This document shows positions 27,220 through 40,062 of a stretch of 64,000 nucleotides of DNA, piece by piece (position 1 is the stretch's first letter; each line of letters opens with the position of its first letter). The notes under the pieces were generated by a model. The model had not been told where the DNA came from. It did not search any database and saw nothing but the letters and a program-made list of their open reading frames with translations. Source of the DNA: Octopus vulgaris (lineage: Eukaryota); assembly GCA_951406725.2 (NCBI GenBank), contig OX597814.1:123008001-123072000 (forward strand), given 5' to 3'. Both the position numbers and the translations under genes were made by a program.

Positions 27220-27600
27220 GAATCTTTGAATGTGCCAGAGCTTCAGCGTATGTCTATTTGTCATTTGTCACGGCATACGAGAATTACCCTCTGTTCGGGA
27301 AATGTTAATAGCAGATGACTCTTCTGACTAGAGGAAGCCTACCTTTCCGCAAGAAGCGAAATAATAGACCCGATGTAGGCATTAACCACCTTTGACCTTC
27401 CAATGTTAGCTTCCACTCAGTCGATGTTTAGGAGAGACTGGCCACCCTGCTCATAACACCTATTTCCCTGAAAGTTGGAACCGAACCAGACCATAAGCAT
27501 GTTTAACAGCGCTATCCTTTCAGCAAAAACTGACACTGCTGTAGGCCGGCATGGCCTTCTTTCTCGAGATGCCGAGTTGCAAGTCCAGCGATTTATCCTG
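27220..27600 (-). pseudogene. Decayed L1/Tx1-like LINE ORF2 fragment (post-RT region)
   Basis: VWFGS..VMSRVA..WKLTLEG..VVNAYIGS..LFRFLRKGRLPLVRRVIC across frameshifts. Confidence 0.55.
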
Positions 27601-27874
27601 ATTAATGAATAAGCCTTCAGCTAGCTTAGCTTTATTGATTTGTCAAGAGTTTAGAGGGATGATTATCCACGTTGTAATCGTTGCTATTGACATAAAGCCT
27701 TTTATACTGTACAAAGTATGTAATATGCCTCATAAACCCTTCATATACCCTTCAAATACCCTTTTACATCTGTATAAATATTGATATGTTTATAGCTTAG
27801 GAGTGCCTTATGTATATGCGTATATGTTCATGTGCGACTATATATATGCGTGTATGTATGTATGTATGAATGTA

Positions 27875-27995
27875 TGGATGGATGGATGGATGGGTGGATG
27901 GATGGATGGATGGATGGATGGATGGATGGATGGATGGATGGATGGATGGATGGATGGATGGATGGATGGATGGATGGATGGATGGATGGATGGAT
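27875..27995. repeat. (GGAT)n microsatellite
   Basis: Direct reading. Confidence 0.95.
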
Positions 27996-28150
27996 ATGTA
28001 TGTGTGTGTGTATGTATGTGTTTTTATGTGCCTAAGTGCATGTTTATCATTTGTATATACGTGATTGTAAATATGTAGAACATTTGTACACGAGTGTATG
28101 TTTCTTTATAGATGTATCGTGTGAGCGAGTATGTATAATCTGACATATCG

Positions 28151-28533
28151 TAGCACTCCGTCGGTTACGACGACGAGGGTCCCAGTTGATCGGATCAACG
28201 GAACAGCCTGCTCGTAACATTAATGTGCAAATGGCTGAGCAGTCCACAGACACATGTACCCTTAACGTAGTTCTCGGGGAGATTCAGCGTGACACAGAGT
28301 GTGACAAGGCTGGCCCTTTGAAATACAGGTACAACAGAAACAGGAAGAAAGAGTGAGAGAAAGTTGTGGTGAAAGAATTCTGCAGGGTTCACCACCATCA
28401 CCATCTGCGGGAGCCCTGTGGAGCTTTAGGTGTTTTCGCTCAATAAACATTCACAACGCCCGGTCTAGGAATCGAAACCGCGATCCTATGACCGCGAGTT
28501 CGCTGTGCTAACCACTGGGCCACTACGCCTCCA
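28151..28533 (-). mobile_element. SINE family C, long form
   Basis: Minus head GGAGGCGTAGTGGCCCAGTGGTTAG..GGTTTCGATTCC; body shared with 50396 and 50774 copies. Confidence 0.85.
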
Positions 28534-29454
28534 CGCTAACATATACACGTATATGCAAATGAAAAAAATATACCTCCAATGCGTTAAGACAAACTCAAAT
28601 CAGTTAAAGAGATACTTTGTGATGTTGTTCGCTTACGTCCCTTTTTTTTATATTTCAGTTTAGTTAACGAATGCCTTAGATCCTTCTGCTTGCTTTTCGC
28701 TTCCTAATACATATGTATACGCTCTCTTTAAATTATATCTTCATATAATATATATGTCCAAACTTGCGCATAAAGGAATATATTTGTAGAGAAATATGTA
28801 TGCGTATGCGTGTGTGCGTATGTGTGTGTTTGGCTCTGTATGTGTACATGTGTGTTAAATTTGCAAGTCTGCAGTATACGTTCATGAATGTTTGTACAAG
28901 TGTATAGCACCACATATTTATGCTTGTTTATGCGTATTTTGTATTTTATAAGCACGTACATTTGCGTATTTCCTTATAAGCACGTTTATACTGTTTGATT
29001 TCCCAATTTCTTTTCTTTTTTTTTTTGTTTTGCTCGATTTTCCTCTTTGGCCCTTTACTTAACGAACGGATTTTGAAATTTATTATCACGTGACTCTCAT
29101 ATAATTTATCTATCGAAGATTTCAGAAGAAATTGTAATTCATCCATATATAAAGAGTGAACTCACGATTTTGAAGTTAGTTTGATAAGTTCCATGCATGA
29201 AATTTTCGCTCCTTGAGCCATTTATATAACTTTACAGTCGATTAAGCATACATACATACATACATACATACATACATACATACATACATACATACATACA
29301 TACATTTGAAAACGTCGCCATCGTCGTCGTCGTCATCGTCTCATCCTTCGAATCCGAGGATCGATTTCTCCTTCTTATGTCTGGGCTATCTCCATGTGGA
29401 ACCAGAAACGGGTAACCGTGTATCCCCTACCCTGCTAGAATATGGGAGGTGTAT

Positions 29455-29868
29455 CTTTTATCTTTTATCTTTCGCTTGCTTCAGTCATTTGAATGCGGCC
29501 ATGCTGGGGCACCATCTTGGAAGATTTTTGTTGAACAAATTGACCCCAGGAATTATTTTTTTGAAGCCCAGTACTTATTCTATCGGCCTCTTAGTCGAAC
29601 CGCTAAGTTACGTGGACGTAAACACACCAACAGTAATTATCAAGCGATCTTGGGAGACTGACACAGACACAAAGGCACACACACTCATAGATATATACTT
29701 AAATGTATGTATGCGATGGGCTTCTTTCAGTTTTCATCGATCAAATCCACTCCCAAGACTTTGGTCCGCCCAAGGTTATAGTAGAAGATACCCAAGATGT
29801 CTCGCAGTGGTACTGAACCTGGAACCATGTGGCTGTGAAGCAAGTTTCTTACGACACCGCCATGCCTG
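29455..29868 (-). mobile_element. SINE family A, older subfamily
   Basis: CATTTGAATGCGGCCATGCTGGGGCACC..GAACCGCTAAGTTACG..GGAACCATGTGG. Confidence 0.8.
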
Positions 29869-30005
29869 TATATACATATATGCATATATACATACATGCA
29901 TACATACATAAATATATATATATATATACATATGGATATGTGTGTGTGTGTATTTATATATATATATATATATAACAATGATAAATCTCAGAGCGAGTTA
30001 TATGC

Positions 30006-30079
<74 letters not shown>

Positions 30080-30137
30080 ATATTCTGTATATATTTCTTA
30101 ACGAGGATATACTGTGGAAAGCCAGAAAACTGTGGTA

Positions 30138-30282
30138 TTCTTCTTCTTCTTCTTCTTCTTCTTCTTCTTCTTCTTCTTCTTCTTCTTCTTCTTCTTCTTC
30201 TTCTTCTTCTTCGTTTCCTTCTTCTTCTTCCCCGTCTTCCTCTTCTCCTTCCCCTCCTTCTTCTTCACTTTCTCCTTCTTCG
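30138..30282. repeat. (TTC)n microsatellite with degenerate extension
   Basis: Direct reading. Confidence 0.95.
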
Positions 30283-30390
30283 GGCTGCTGCTTAAACCTT
30301 CAAACTTCAGAACCAAATATATCTCTGCACCCATAAACACAATTTTTCAGATCTACTACTACCAACCTATGAGCCTTCACAAAGGAAAAA

Positions 30391-30474
<84 letters not shown>

Positions 30475-31071
30475 GGAAAAAAGGAAAATGTCCTACCTAT
30501 TTGAAGACGACGGAAATAATTACAAAACATTTCATTTAAATGTTTCCTTCAAATTAATTGTTTTTCTCCTTAATTAATATCCACTTTTGTTTTACTCTTA
30601 GTTTAAAAAGTCGAAAAGGCAGAAACCGGAACTAACCATTACAAAATGTATTTCATGATAAAATCATTTTAGCATGTTCTACTTTGCCTTAAATATTTAT
30701 ATATTATTTTATTTTATTTTATTTTATATTACATTTATCCGGATGAAAATTTACTTTCTCTGCCAAAGGAATTATTCCCTAGGTTTCCAATGTCTTTTTA
30801 TCAAACGTTATTTACGAATTTCATATCCGTATGAATATATGTAAGCAAATGATCATTATAAGAATTAATTGATTGAACGGAGTTCAATAAATGTCATCAA
30901 ATAAAATGAAATGGACTAGATTTTATTATTAATGATGGATTATTCATTTATTCAATTATCCCAGACAGCTCTTTCTGTCAAAAAGACCATGATATCATCA
31001 AAGAAATAATGCATATTATTATCATGTAATGTATTTTTGTACTCATCAGTGGATTGTAATTAAAACAATAT

Positions 31072-31339
31072 ATAGACCTTCGAAACGTGGAGTAGATGAA
31101 ACAAAGGCGGCTGAAGAAGGGGAATTTTCCTTGTTTTGTATGTCCTGTGCTCTATTTTTTCGTTGTTTAAGAAAAATGTCCATTTCCTTGGTCTTGTGTT
31201 TATGTTTTCGTTTCTCATTGTGTTCGACGTTATTTTTGGGGGGTGTCCTGTATCCATATATGCATGTATATATACATGTAGAGGTAGGTACGTACATATA
31301 TGTACGTATATATGCATATGTTTTATTTATTTATTAATT

Positions 31340-31345
<6 letters not shown>
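31072..31345 (+). mobile_element. Single truncated, diverged copy of the 840-bp tandem family, ending in (TA)n
   Basis: CCTTCGAAACG..GTAGATGAAAC..CTGAAGAAGGGGA..CATGTAGAGGTAGGTACGTACATATATG shared with 53587-53840. Confidence 0.8.
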
Positions 31346-31382
<37 letters not shown>

Positions 31383-31385
<3 letters not shown>

Positions 31386-31676
31386 GGGCTTCTTTCAGTT
31401 TCCGACTACGAAATCCACTCACAAGGCTTTGGTCGGCCCGAGGCTATAGTAGAAGACACTTGTCCAAGGTGCCACGCAGTGGGACTGAACCCGGAACCAT
31501 GTGGTTGTAAGCAAGCTACTTACCACACAGCCACTCCTACGCCTACCTCACAGCCACTCCTACGCCTACCTCACAGCCACTCCTACGCCTACCTCACAGC
31601 CACTCCTACGCCTACCTCACAGCCACTCCTACGCCTACCTCACAGCCACTTCTACGCCTAGCCACTCCTACGCCTA
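31383..31676 (-). mobile_element. SINE family A 5' half whose head is reiterated as a 23-bp tandem repeat (~6.5 copies)
   Basis: CACAGCCACTCCTACGCCTACCT repeated from 31526. Confidence 0.85.
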
Positions 31677-31682
31677 AGCTAT

Positions 31683-31805
31683 TACCTTCTGCCGGAGCCG
31701 CGTGGAGTTTAGGTGTTTCGCTCATAAACACACATCGCCCGGTGTGAGATTCGAACCCGCGATCCCTCGGCCGTCCTCTGCTCTAAACACTAGGCAATGT
31801 ACCTC
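31683..31805 (-). mobile_element. SINE family C head fragment
   Basis: Reverse complement of the 26216 head (GGGTTCGAATCTC B box). Confidence 0.75.
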
Positions 31806-31829
31806 TATATTAAGAAAAAATATTTAAAA

Positions 31830-33850
31830 AATATAAAATACTAAATAATAAGCTAAAATCTAGAAAACTCCCAGCATACTGGGATGAAGGATATAGAACG
31901 ACGACACTCAGTCCAGTAAGAAATACAATGGATTAGAATGGAATGCATTAGAAATATGTAATAACACTGCTGGCGTGATCCTCTATAGCCAGGGAGGAAT
32001 ATTCAGCAACGCAGTAAAGACTATAAAAACCAGAGATCTCCCAAAACTATCGACTTATAGTATTTTATAACCGACTGATTGATAATATCTTGCCGTGGAA
32101 GCAGAATTGGTATGAAAATGGGATAAATGGCTCAAAAGAACAATAGGTGTAAATCGGGAAATTTTTATAGACGGTTAGATGAGAAAACAAAACTTTTATG
32201 AAATACATTGATTACGAAAAGCTTACCACACTCTCAGATATTAGGAGAAACCGATTAATATGTACATTAGCTATATGGTACATGGCACATCAAAGTGAAA
32301 GTAACAATATCAGTGCGATGTAATGAGGTTATTAATGCCAATCCAATGACCATTAAAAGAGGGGATTTTCAAGAAAATCATTATTCTGTCTTCTGAATGA
32401 AAACCATCAATAGGTATAAATGTTATAAACAAATTTTAAACTGTTTACGATGGACAATACTTAAATGGATAACTTACGAAACATTGTTTATGAATTCAGC
32501 TGGATATATAAAATGGTATTGCCTAGGAAAATCTACCAAAGCTATTCTAAGTAGAAGGATATATTTTAAAACTGAAGACATTAAATTAAATTCAGACACT
32601 GAAATAAGCAATTACAAAAGACCCGTCTTTACAGGTACTTACGGAGAGATGAACCTCTTTAAGATATATAAAATGGTATCGCCTAGACAAATCAACCAAA
32701 GCTACTCTAAGTAAAAGGACATATTTTAAAACTGAGAAGTAAGGAATTTCAACCGTGTTTTGTGGTCTGCTACCACAACAGCTCCTTTATAGGATCCAGT
32801 TAGCTCAAGACATCATCAGGAGGAACCCCGTCCGGTTTCGGCCCCTACTCCTCTACCGTTTTGACGTGGCGACCCCCCTCCCCTTTCGGAGGTGTCTTCA
32901 TCTCTGGTGTTGAGTGCATGTCTCCTTTCTTCTTTCTTCTGTTCCCTGGCCTCTTCGATGTAGCGAAGATTCAGACACTGGAATAAGCAATTACAAAAGA
33001 TCAGTCTTTACAGGTACTTAGTGGGAGATGAACCTCTTTAAGATACAATAGTCAAATATGAAGAAGAAAAATAAGGAAAATTACTATAAGAAGTAGACTA
33101 TTGTTAAAACTGGATTCAAGTTTAGAAATACGGTAGTGATCTAAGTTTTAATTTTTAGCATTAATATAAACAAATTGGAAGTGTACTGAACATTTTAAAT
33201 AGAAAAACTATAAAACTATAAAGCCCATTATGTTAAGTTTGATATAGAACTCATATTCCTACTGGACCAACAAATAGAGAGAGATCTCATACAAAGAATT
33301 ATGACAAAGTAATCACATTAGTTAAAGGAAAATATTTTAAAACAAAAAAAGAAGTAAACTTACTTTAAAATGGAAAACGAAAAATTGTTTTTTTTTATAT
33401 ATATATAAATGATTGAACAAGAAATTATAAACAAGAAACTAATTACAACAAAGGAGAGGTTCGGGTAAGAATTGAAAAAAAACTCAAATTAAGTAAACAA
33501 CAAATGATAAAATCTAAGCAGAACGTCAAAACAAATATACCAAAAGGAGATCAAAAGACGGAGATCAACGCGGTAAAAGAGATCAAAGCTACATTGCCAG
33601 ATATCGCTATGAAAGACACTAGGGAATATTCAATACACTCAGATAGACATCTCAACATATTCCATCCAAAACGTCACTCAGAAGGAAGTCAAAAAACTAT
33701 TAAAGACCTCAAAATCGCAATAAGTAAGACATATGTGAAATTAGAATTGTTAGCAAGAATAATTAGCTCAGTGGGATTAATTAAAAATGGAAGCAAGGAC
33801 AAAAAAGATAAAAATCAAAGTATAGCCCGAAAACAAAATGTACTTACAAG
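31830..33850 (+). pseudogene. Heavily decayed R4/Dong-like reverse transcriptase region
   Basis: Ordered remnants LPWKQNWYENGINGSKEQ (cf. LPxEQxGxxxGxxGxKDQ), YIDYEK, MTIKRG/FQ, LFM, CLGKSTKA, YRYL; boundaries approximate. Confidence 0.5.
32737..32968 (-). mobile_element. GC-rich insert with a type II-topology HHR-like fold (32807-32845)
   Basis: Interrupts the second copy of a ~160-bp duplication; minus strand GGGGC-C-GAAA-CCGG-AC-GGG-gttc-CTC-CTGATGA-T-GTCTT. Confidence 0.5.
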
Positions 33851-33887
33851 CCCCATCACATGTTCTATTGAATACATTTTTAATGAA

Positions 33888-34118
33888 GGCGGTGAACTGG
33901 CAGAAACGTTAGCGCGCCGGGTGAAATGCTTAGCGGTATTTCGTCTGTCGTTACGTTCTGAGTTCAAATTCGGCCGAGGTTGACTTTGCCTTTCATCCTT
34001 TCGGGGTCTATAAATAAAGTACCAGTTTCGCACTGGGGTCGATGTAATCGACTTAATCTCTTTGTCTGTCCCTGTTTGTCCCCTCTGTATTTAGCCCATT
34101 GTGGGTAGTAAAGAAATA
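33888..34118 (+). mobile_element. SINE family B (TTTGTCC tail variant)
   Basis: GGCGGTGAACTGGCAGAAACG..GAGTTCAAATTC..CCTTTCATCCTTTCGGGGTC..AGTACCAG; the central motif resembles the Meta/MESC SINE domain (recalled, not aligned). Confidence 0.85.
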
Positions 34119-34649
34119 TAATGAATACATGTTTAATTCAATAGTACTACTCGCACGGCAAATATTCTACATGTTCACCACCTAAGACAATAATACAATT
34201 CCCGTGATGGATATTCTTCACAATCACCCACAAATACTACAACACAACTTACACAACTCATAATATACATTCCAATACTATAACACAACTCACAACCCTG
34301 CATAATTACGAGCCCATACTACAACACAGCTCACACAACATAATAATTCTAATTTTGACACAAAGCCAGCAATTTTGAGAGGAGAAGGAAGTTGATTACA
34401 TCAACTCCAGTACTCAACTAGTATTTATTTTATCTCTCTGTTCAGGAAGAAAAGCAAAATTGGTGTCGATGGTAGAGCACAACTTATAATTACACGTCAA
34501 CCAATACTTTATCGGAAGTTACTTTAGACATTCTATGCAATCACCAACCTAAACTATAACACACTGCACACCACATACAACCCAAATATTCACATCCAGT
34601 TCTTACAACTCACTCATCGCATGTTCTACACAATCGTTTACCAATATCA

Positions 34650-35285
34650 AGGCGACGAGCTGACAGAAATGTTAACATGCCGGGCGAAATGCGTAGCCGT
34701 ATTTCGTCTGCCGTTATGTTCTAAGTTCAAATTCCGCCGAGGTCGACTTTGCCTTTCATACTTTCGGAGTTGATAAATTAAGTACCAGTTACGCACTGGG
34801 GTCGATGTAATTGACTTACTCCCTTTGTATGTCCTTGTTTGTCCCCTCTATGTTTAACCCCATGTGGGCAATAAAGAAATAAGAAACGTTAGTACACCGG
34901 TTGAAATGCTTAGCGGTATTTCGTCCGTCTTTACGTTCTGAGCTCAAATTCCGCCGAGGTCGAATTTGCTTTTCATCCTTTCTGGATCGATAAATTAAGT
35001 ACCAGTTGCATACTGGGATTGATCTAATCGACTGGCCCCCTCCCCAAATATTTCGCGCCTAGAGTAGAAAAGAATATTAGAAGACAACACAAAGCGGTGA
35101 GCTGACAGAATCGTTACTGCGTCTGACAAAAATGCTTAGCGGGATTTCTTGTCTTTATGTTCTAAGTTCAAATGACGCTATGGTTAACTTTGCTTTTCAT
35201 TCTCTCAGGGTCAATAAAATAAGTAGCAGTCGAGCACTGGGGTCGATGTAATTGATCTATCCCCTCCCATTAAAATTGCTAGTCC
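34650..35285 (+). mobile_element. Three adjacent SINE family B copies with different tails
   Basis: Copies at ~34650-34885, 34883-35077 and 35092-35285. Confidence 0.85.
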
Positions 35286-35859
35286 CGTTCAGTGGAATGC
35301 TGTGATTTCGATCACTGATACGTCATAGAAACGGGGTAGTCAGCTTTATAAGTCTTAGGGGCTCAAGAAATTTTTATTGTAAATCGACAACAGCTATATG
35401 TGTGATTAAAACCATCGTTTTTGGAATACATGCGAAATCACAGACGCAAGAATAACTTACGCCCTCAGTCTCCCAAGTGGTTCACTTATAGACGCGTTGC
35501 AGCAGTTTAAACATAGTACAACCTCTAGAACGCTTCGTAAATCGATGGAGGCCGTTATTTTTGCCTGAAGTGTTTTGTTTTTGTTTTTACCTAGTCGATC
35601 AATTCCTGCAAGCCATTGTCTGAACTGCAAAGGATACTTCAGTTGATAGCATCTCACCTTCCAAGCAGAAAACAATTTTTTGTGTTTGTTTTCCAAACAA
35701 TGTTCTTCCAGCTACGCAGAAACTTCCTTCCGCATCTCAACGACGATGTAACAGTCCGCTGTATTCCCGCGGAGAAAAGTTTACTTTTTCTGCCCATTTT
35801 TCGTCCAACTCCATACTTCATGCACTAGAGAAATTTCCTCAAAAAATATCTCATTCTAC

Positions 35860-36450
35860 TTAACCTAACAATATCCTGAAAATGTTCCATCACCTTCAAT
35901 CAAACAAACGCTCCTGAGCTATCCTTGTTGCCTTCCCTTCATCCAACGTTTAAGTCTTACACGTTCTCTTTCTTCCTTTCTTTCTCTCTCTCTCTCTCTT
36001 TCTCTCTTTTTTTCTTTCCTTCCTCCTTCCCTCGAGATTATCCTCTATTTAGTCCCATTCTCCCCTGCTTCTACCAACTATCGTCTACCATACTTACAGT
36101 ATCTCAAAAGCGAGTGAGTTGGACATTTATAGCACTCTAAAATTTTGAAACTTTCTCCCTTCTGAACAACCGCCAATGTGACTTCTGTAAAGCCAAGTCT
36201 GCTGGAGACCTGCTCTCCCGTGTAACTTGCCTCTGAGATCTCTCTCTTGAGAAATTTCGTGAAAACAGTGTCCCGCTCGGCGTTAGCAAAGCTTCCTTAC
36301 AGTGTCTGACATGTAAAACTCTTTGTAAAACTGCCTGTATATAAGCTCCTTCCGGTCCTCATCTCTTGGATCAGTGATTTCGCTCAGGGCACGTCATGTA
36401 TGTTAACGGAGCTCTTTTACTCCATCTTTCTTTCAGAATGCTAGTGTCAT
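35860..36450 (+). pseudogene. Possible Penelope-like element remnant (RT-to-GIY-YIG linker)
   Basis: FCKAKSAGDLLSRV..CLTCKTL..APSG..SCMLTELFYSI resembles xRRxKNLxDxLVR..CxTC..GPxG..SCxxxNLIYxI; boundaries uncertain. Confidence 0.45.
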
Positions 36451-37510
36451 ATTGTTGCTTTCTAACCCTTTGTCTTTATTGAACCCATATATCTATGATT
36501 AAAGACGTTCCGTTCATGACCATACTGTTTTAATTTCAGACATAGCATATCTAGGAATAAGGAGTAGCTGGAGATCACACGGTCGTTAGCCTCAAATCGC
36601 CAGGTCTGGTCGGCGTTTGTGAGAGATGCAGCATTGAGGATGAATGAAGCCAGCTCAATCCACCCCGGGTGAATGCTGTCTCAAGACAAGACAAGAAAGA
36701 ATACACTGACCAATATGTTCTGCCTTGTTTAAAACGGTTAGACCTACATATATGGGAGATTTAGCTACGATTTCTAGCAGGTCTACTTTGCAATATTCCT
36801 ATATACACTAGCCAGATTTGAGTCTAAACTTTGATAATTCTCACTGAATTGACTCCTTCAATAAAATTTATTTCAGTTTGTAACCTAATTCAAGGTCTCA
36901 AGCTTCTTTATAATAATTCCTAACTCTTTACCAAGCCTTCTCTTTTTATATATATTAAACCTTGTATTCCTGTTTAAACTTAAAGCAGTGTGAACTCGTC
37001 ATATTAGACTCAACCTTATTCGTTGTTAATCTTCAACTTTCTTTCCTGTCTTTAATTGCATCATTCTGGTTACTAATCCCTGGTTCCAACTTCCGGTTCA
37101 CTCATATTCTCAAGGGAAATTAAGCGTGTCATTGCATCAATCTTTTACTGGAATTTATTTTCAATGATGTAAGGGACGAGCTAAACACACATGATTACTT
37201 CAGTTGCTGGAAGATTTCCTTAATGACTTTGCTGATGCATTCAAGCAAAATCTTAATAGTCTTGCATAACTGTGTTTATGTGAGTGTGTGAATGTGTGCA
37301 ACTGCTACATGTCTTTGAAAGCATATGCAAATGTGTGAGCCTTTCTGCACATGTGTGTGTAAGACTCTGTGAATGTGTCTGCGTGTATTTACAGCAATCG
37401 ATTGAGAGGTAGGAAAACGGACAGAAAAATAGGCATACATATAGAACGAAATAGATATCAACAGAGAAATGTTTAAAGACATATGTAGAGACAGAGCGTT
37501 AGATAAATAG

Positions 37511-37603
<93 letters not shown>

Positions 37604-37624
37604 TACTTTGTGTGTGTGTATATA

Positions 37625-37843
37625 TAGTTAACTTCTTTTTTTAAAAAAACAGGAAAAAGACAAGGAAAAACAACGACGCTTCGACATGGTGCATGCAAAG
37701 TATTAAAAGACGCTTAGGGAAGGAAAGGAAGGGTGTTTTACGTTTCGAGCAAAGCTCATCTTCAGAAACAGGAGACAGAGGAAAGTCCAAACGAAAAGAA
37801 AGAAGGAGGGAAAAAAATCTCCAACAATCCACACATATATATT

Positions 37844-37845
<2 letters not shown>
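37625..37845 (-). mobile_element. Short microsatellite-flanked insert carrying a minimal HHR
   Basis: Non-coding island between (GATA)n/(TA) and (CA)n; related to 6713 and 56402 inserts. Confidence 0.65.
37734..37770 (-). ncRNA. Minimal type I hammerhead ribozyme, intact core
   Basis: TGTTT-CTGAAGA-T-GAGC-ttt-GCTC-GAAA-CG-TA-AAACA; palindromic ACGT stem III as in Penelope-associated minimal HHRs. Confidence 0.8.
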
Positions 37846-37924
<79 letters not shown>

Positions 37925-38075
37925 GGCGATTTTCTTTCACCGTCTTCCGTTCTTTGGACTTTTTCTATATTTTTGATGAAGAGCTCTCCGCTCAAAACGT
38001 GAAATGACACTGTACTTATTCCACGTACTTGCGTTGTTGTTTTTTCTTGCTTGTTTATGTTTGGATTAACTGTAC
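37925..38075 (+). mobile_element. Related insert in opposite orientation with decayed HHR (~37969-38004)
   Basis: ATTT-TTGATGA-A-GAGC-tctcc-GCTC-AAAA-CG-TG-AAAT. Confidence 0.55.
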
Positions 38076-38079
38076 ATAC

Positions 38080-38124
<45 letters not shown>

Positions 38125-39404
38125 CCTCCTCGTTAATCTGTAATACTGTAATTATAAATATTATATACACCGAACCATGTAAATAACACAATGTGCGTTT
38201 CTGAATTAACTGTTCAGTCCACACATAAGTATATAAGTAACATTGTTTTAAGTGATGGCTTCACTATAAATTAGACATGTGCTTCGTTGGTTTACAGTAC
38301 TGATTTGTAACTCTTTAGAATCCATGGTTCTTCCTCTAGAAACAGCAACCAGCCAAATAAATCCTTAAATCACACATTACTCTTTGTAAAGACAAGGCGA
38401 TCAGATGTGGATTTTTTTTTTTTTTTTTTGGATCAGAGGAATACTCAACAGGAGCTGGTTTGGGGCTAACCAACCAACATCTTAGACCGCGAATCAACCA
38501 GGGAATCCTCACTCTGGGTTAGAAAAGGCATTTAAACCGCCTTCGGCTCTCACCATACAAGCTTTAAAAAAGTTAGAGGACACATTTGATAATGTAGTCC
38601 GGAATAGTCATGGCTAGAATGTCTTTGATAGCAGGCCTGTTCTGTCACGGCTGAAAGGGAACTAAACAACATCAACAGCAACAATAACATTCTTGACCAC
38701 ATTCAAAAGAAAGCCATTCATATGGTCAATGCGCAAGGCTCATTCACCATCATTGTACAACCACAGTTCGTGAACGTACGTGTCTGTGTGTATATGTGTG
38801 CATGCATATGTGTGTACTTACTGCAGTCGACAGACAAACAGACAGGCAGGCAGGCAGACAGACAGAAATGTGGACTGACAAACAGGTACTCCACAGTATG
38901 AAACAATTTGAAAAGGTCACAAGAAGTAGTTATACTCCCTTAAAGTAATTTAGTTCAACTCCGCTGGAATGTTCAGCATGTCCAGAAGTATTGGCGCCCC
39001 TTCTTTATCCCGGGTGGCAATTGTATGGGTAATGGTGGAGGTGATGATGGCAGCGTGGTATTGGGGTGATAGTGATAATAATTTTTTTTTTATCTCTAGG
39101 TCAGTCTTGATCCAGCAAACTAACGATCAAAGAGTCTCCAATCGTGACCATACTGTCGTTTTTTTTTTCTTGTGCAGCGTATATCAGGTATGACATTATC
39201 CATTGTCTCACTCACCGCTTTTATTTTACATAAGTAGGTTGTGATTTGAGATATTTGGCTGCTATTTTTAACAGATCGAGCGACCACGTTAAATTTTCTC
39301 GCTGACATTGTAATCTGGGGATTAATGTATCCGGTTGTTTCGTGGGAAGACCGGAGGCTGTGAATATTTTATGCTCCCAACCTATTCATATGCTCTGTCT
39401 ATAT

Positions 39405-39615
39405 GGCGTAGGAGTGGCTTTGTGGTAAGTAGCTTGCTTACCAACCACATGGTTCCGGGTTCAGTCCAACTACGTGGCACTTTGGCCAAGTGTCTTCTAC
39501 TATAGCCTCGGACAGACCGAAACCTTGTGAGTGGATTTGGTAGACGGAAACTAAAAGAACCCAGTCGTATATATATATGTGTATATATATATATATGTAT
39601 GTATATATATATATT

Positions 39616-39657
<42 letters not shown>

Positions 39658-39758
39658 CACATATATATATATATATATATATTCTAAATATATATATATA
39701 TAAATTCTAAATTGAATTTTTTTCCCTGTAAGTTTGGATTTATATTCCCTCAAATAAT

Positions 39759-39835
<77 letters not shown>

Positions 39836-40062
39836 TATGTGTGTGTATATGTTTGTGTGTCTGTGCTTGTCCCTCCAACATCGCTTGACAACCGATGCTG
39901 GTGTGTTCACGTCCCCGTAACTTAGTGGTTCGGCAAAAGGTACCGATAGAATAAGTACTAGGCCTACAAAGAATAAGTCCTGGAGTCGATTTGCTCTACT
40001 AAAGGCGTTGCTCCACCATGGCCACAGTCAAATGACTGAAACAAGTAAAAGAGTAAAAGAGT
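39405..40062 (+). mobile_element. SINE family A, full length, with a short foreign segment in its (TA)n
   Basis: GGCGTAGGAGTGGCT head to (GTAAAAGA)2 tail; extra sequence ~39700-39762. Confidence 0.9.

Noticed and set aside
31526-31676. 23-bp repeat array as a CRISPR
   Set aside because: No spacers; the unit is the SINE A 5' end; eukaryotic context
33504-33983. 159-aa ORF as a host gene
   Set aside because: Lies within a decayed LINE region and runs into a SINE B
35560-35720. Mariner transposase C-terminal remnant on minus strand (RQWLAGIDRL)
   Set aside because: Too short and degenerate to call; no TIR found
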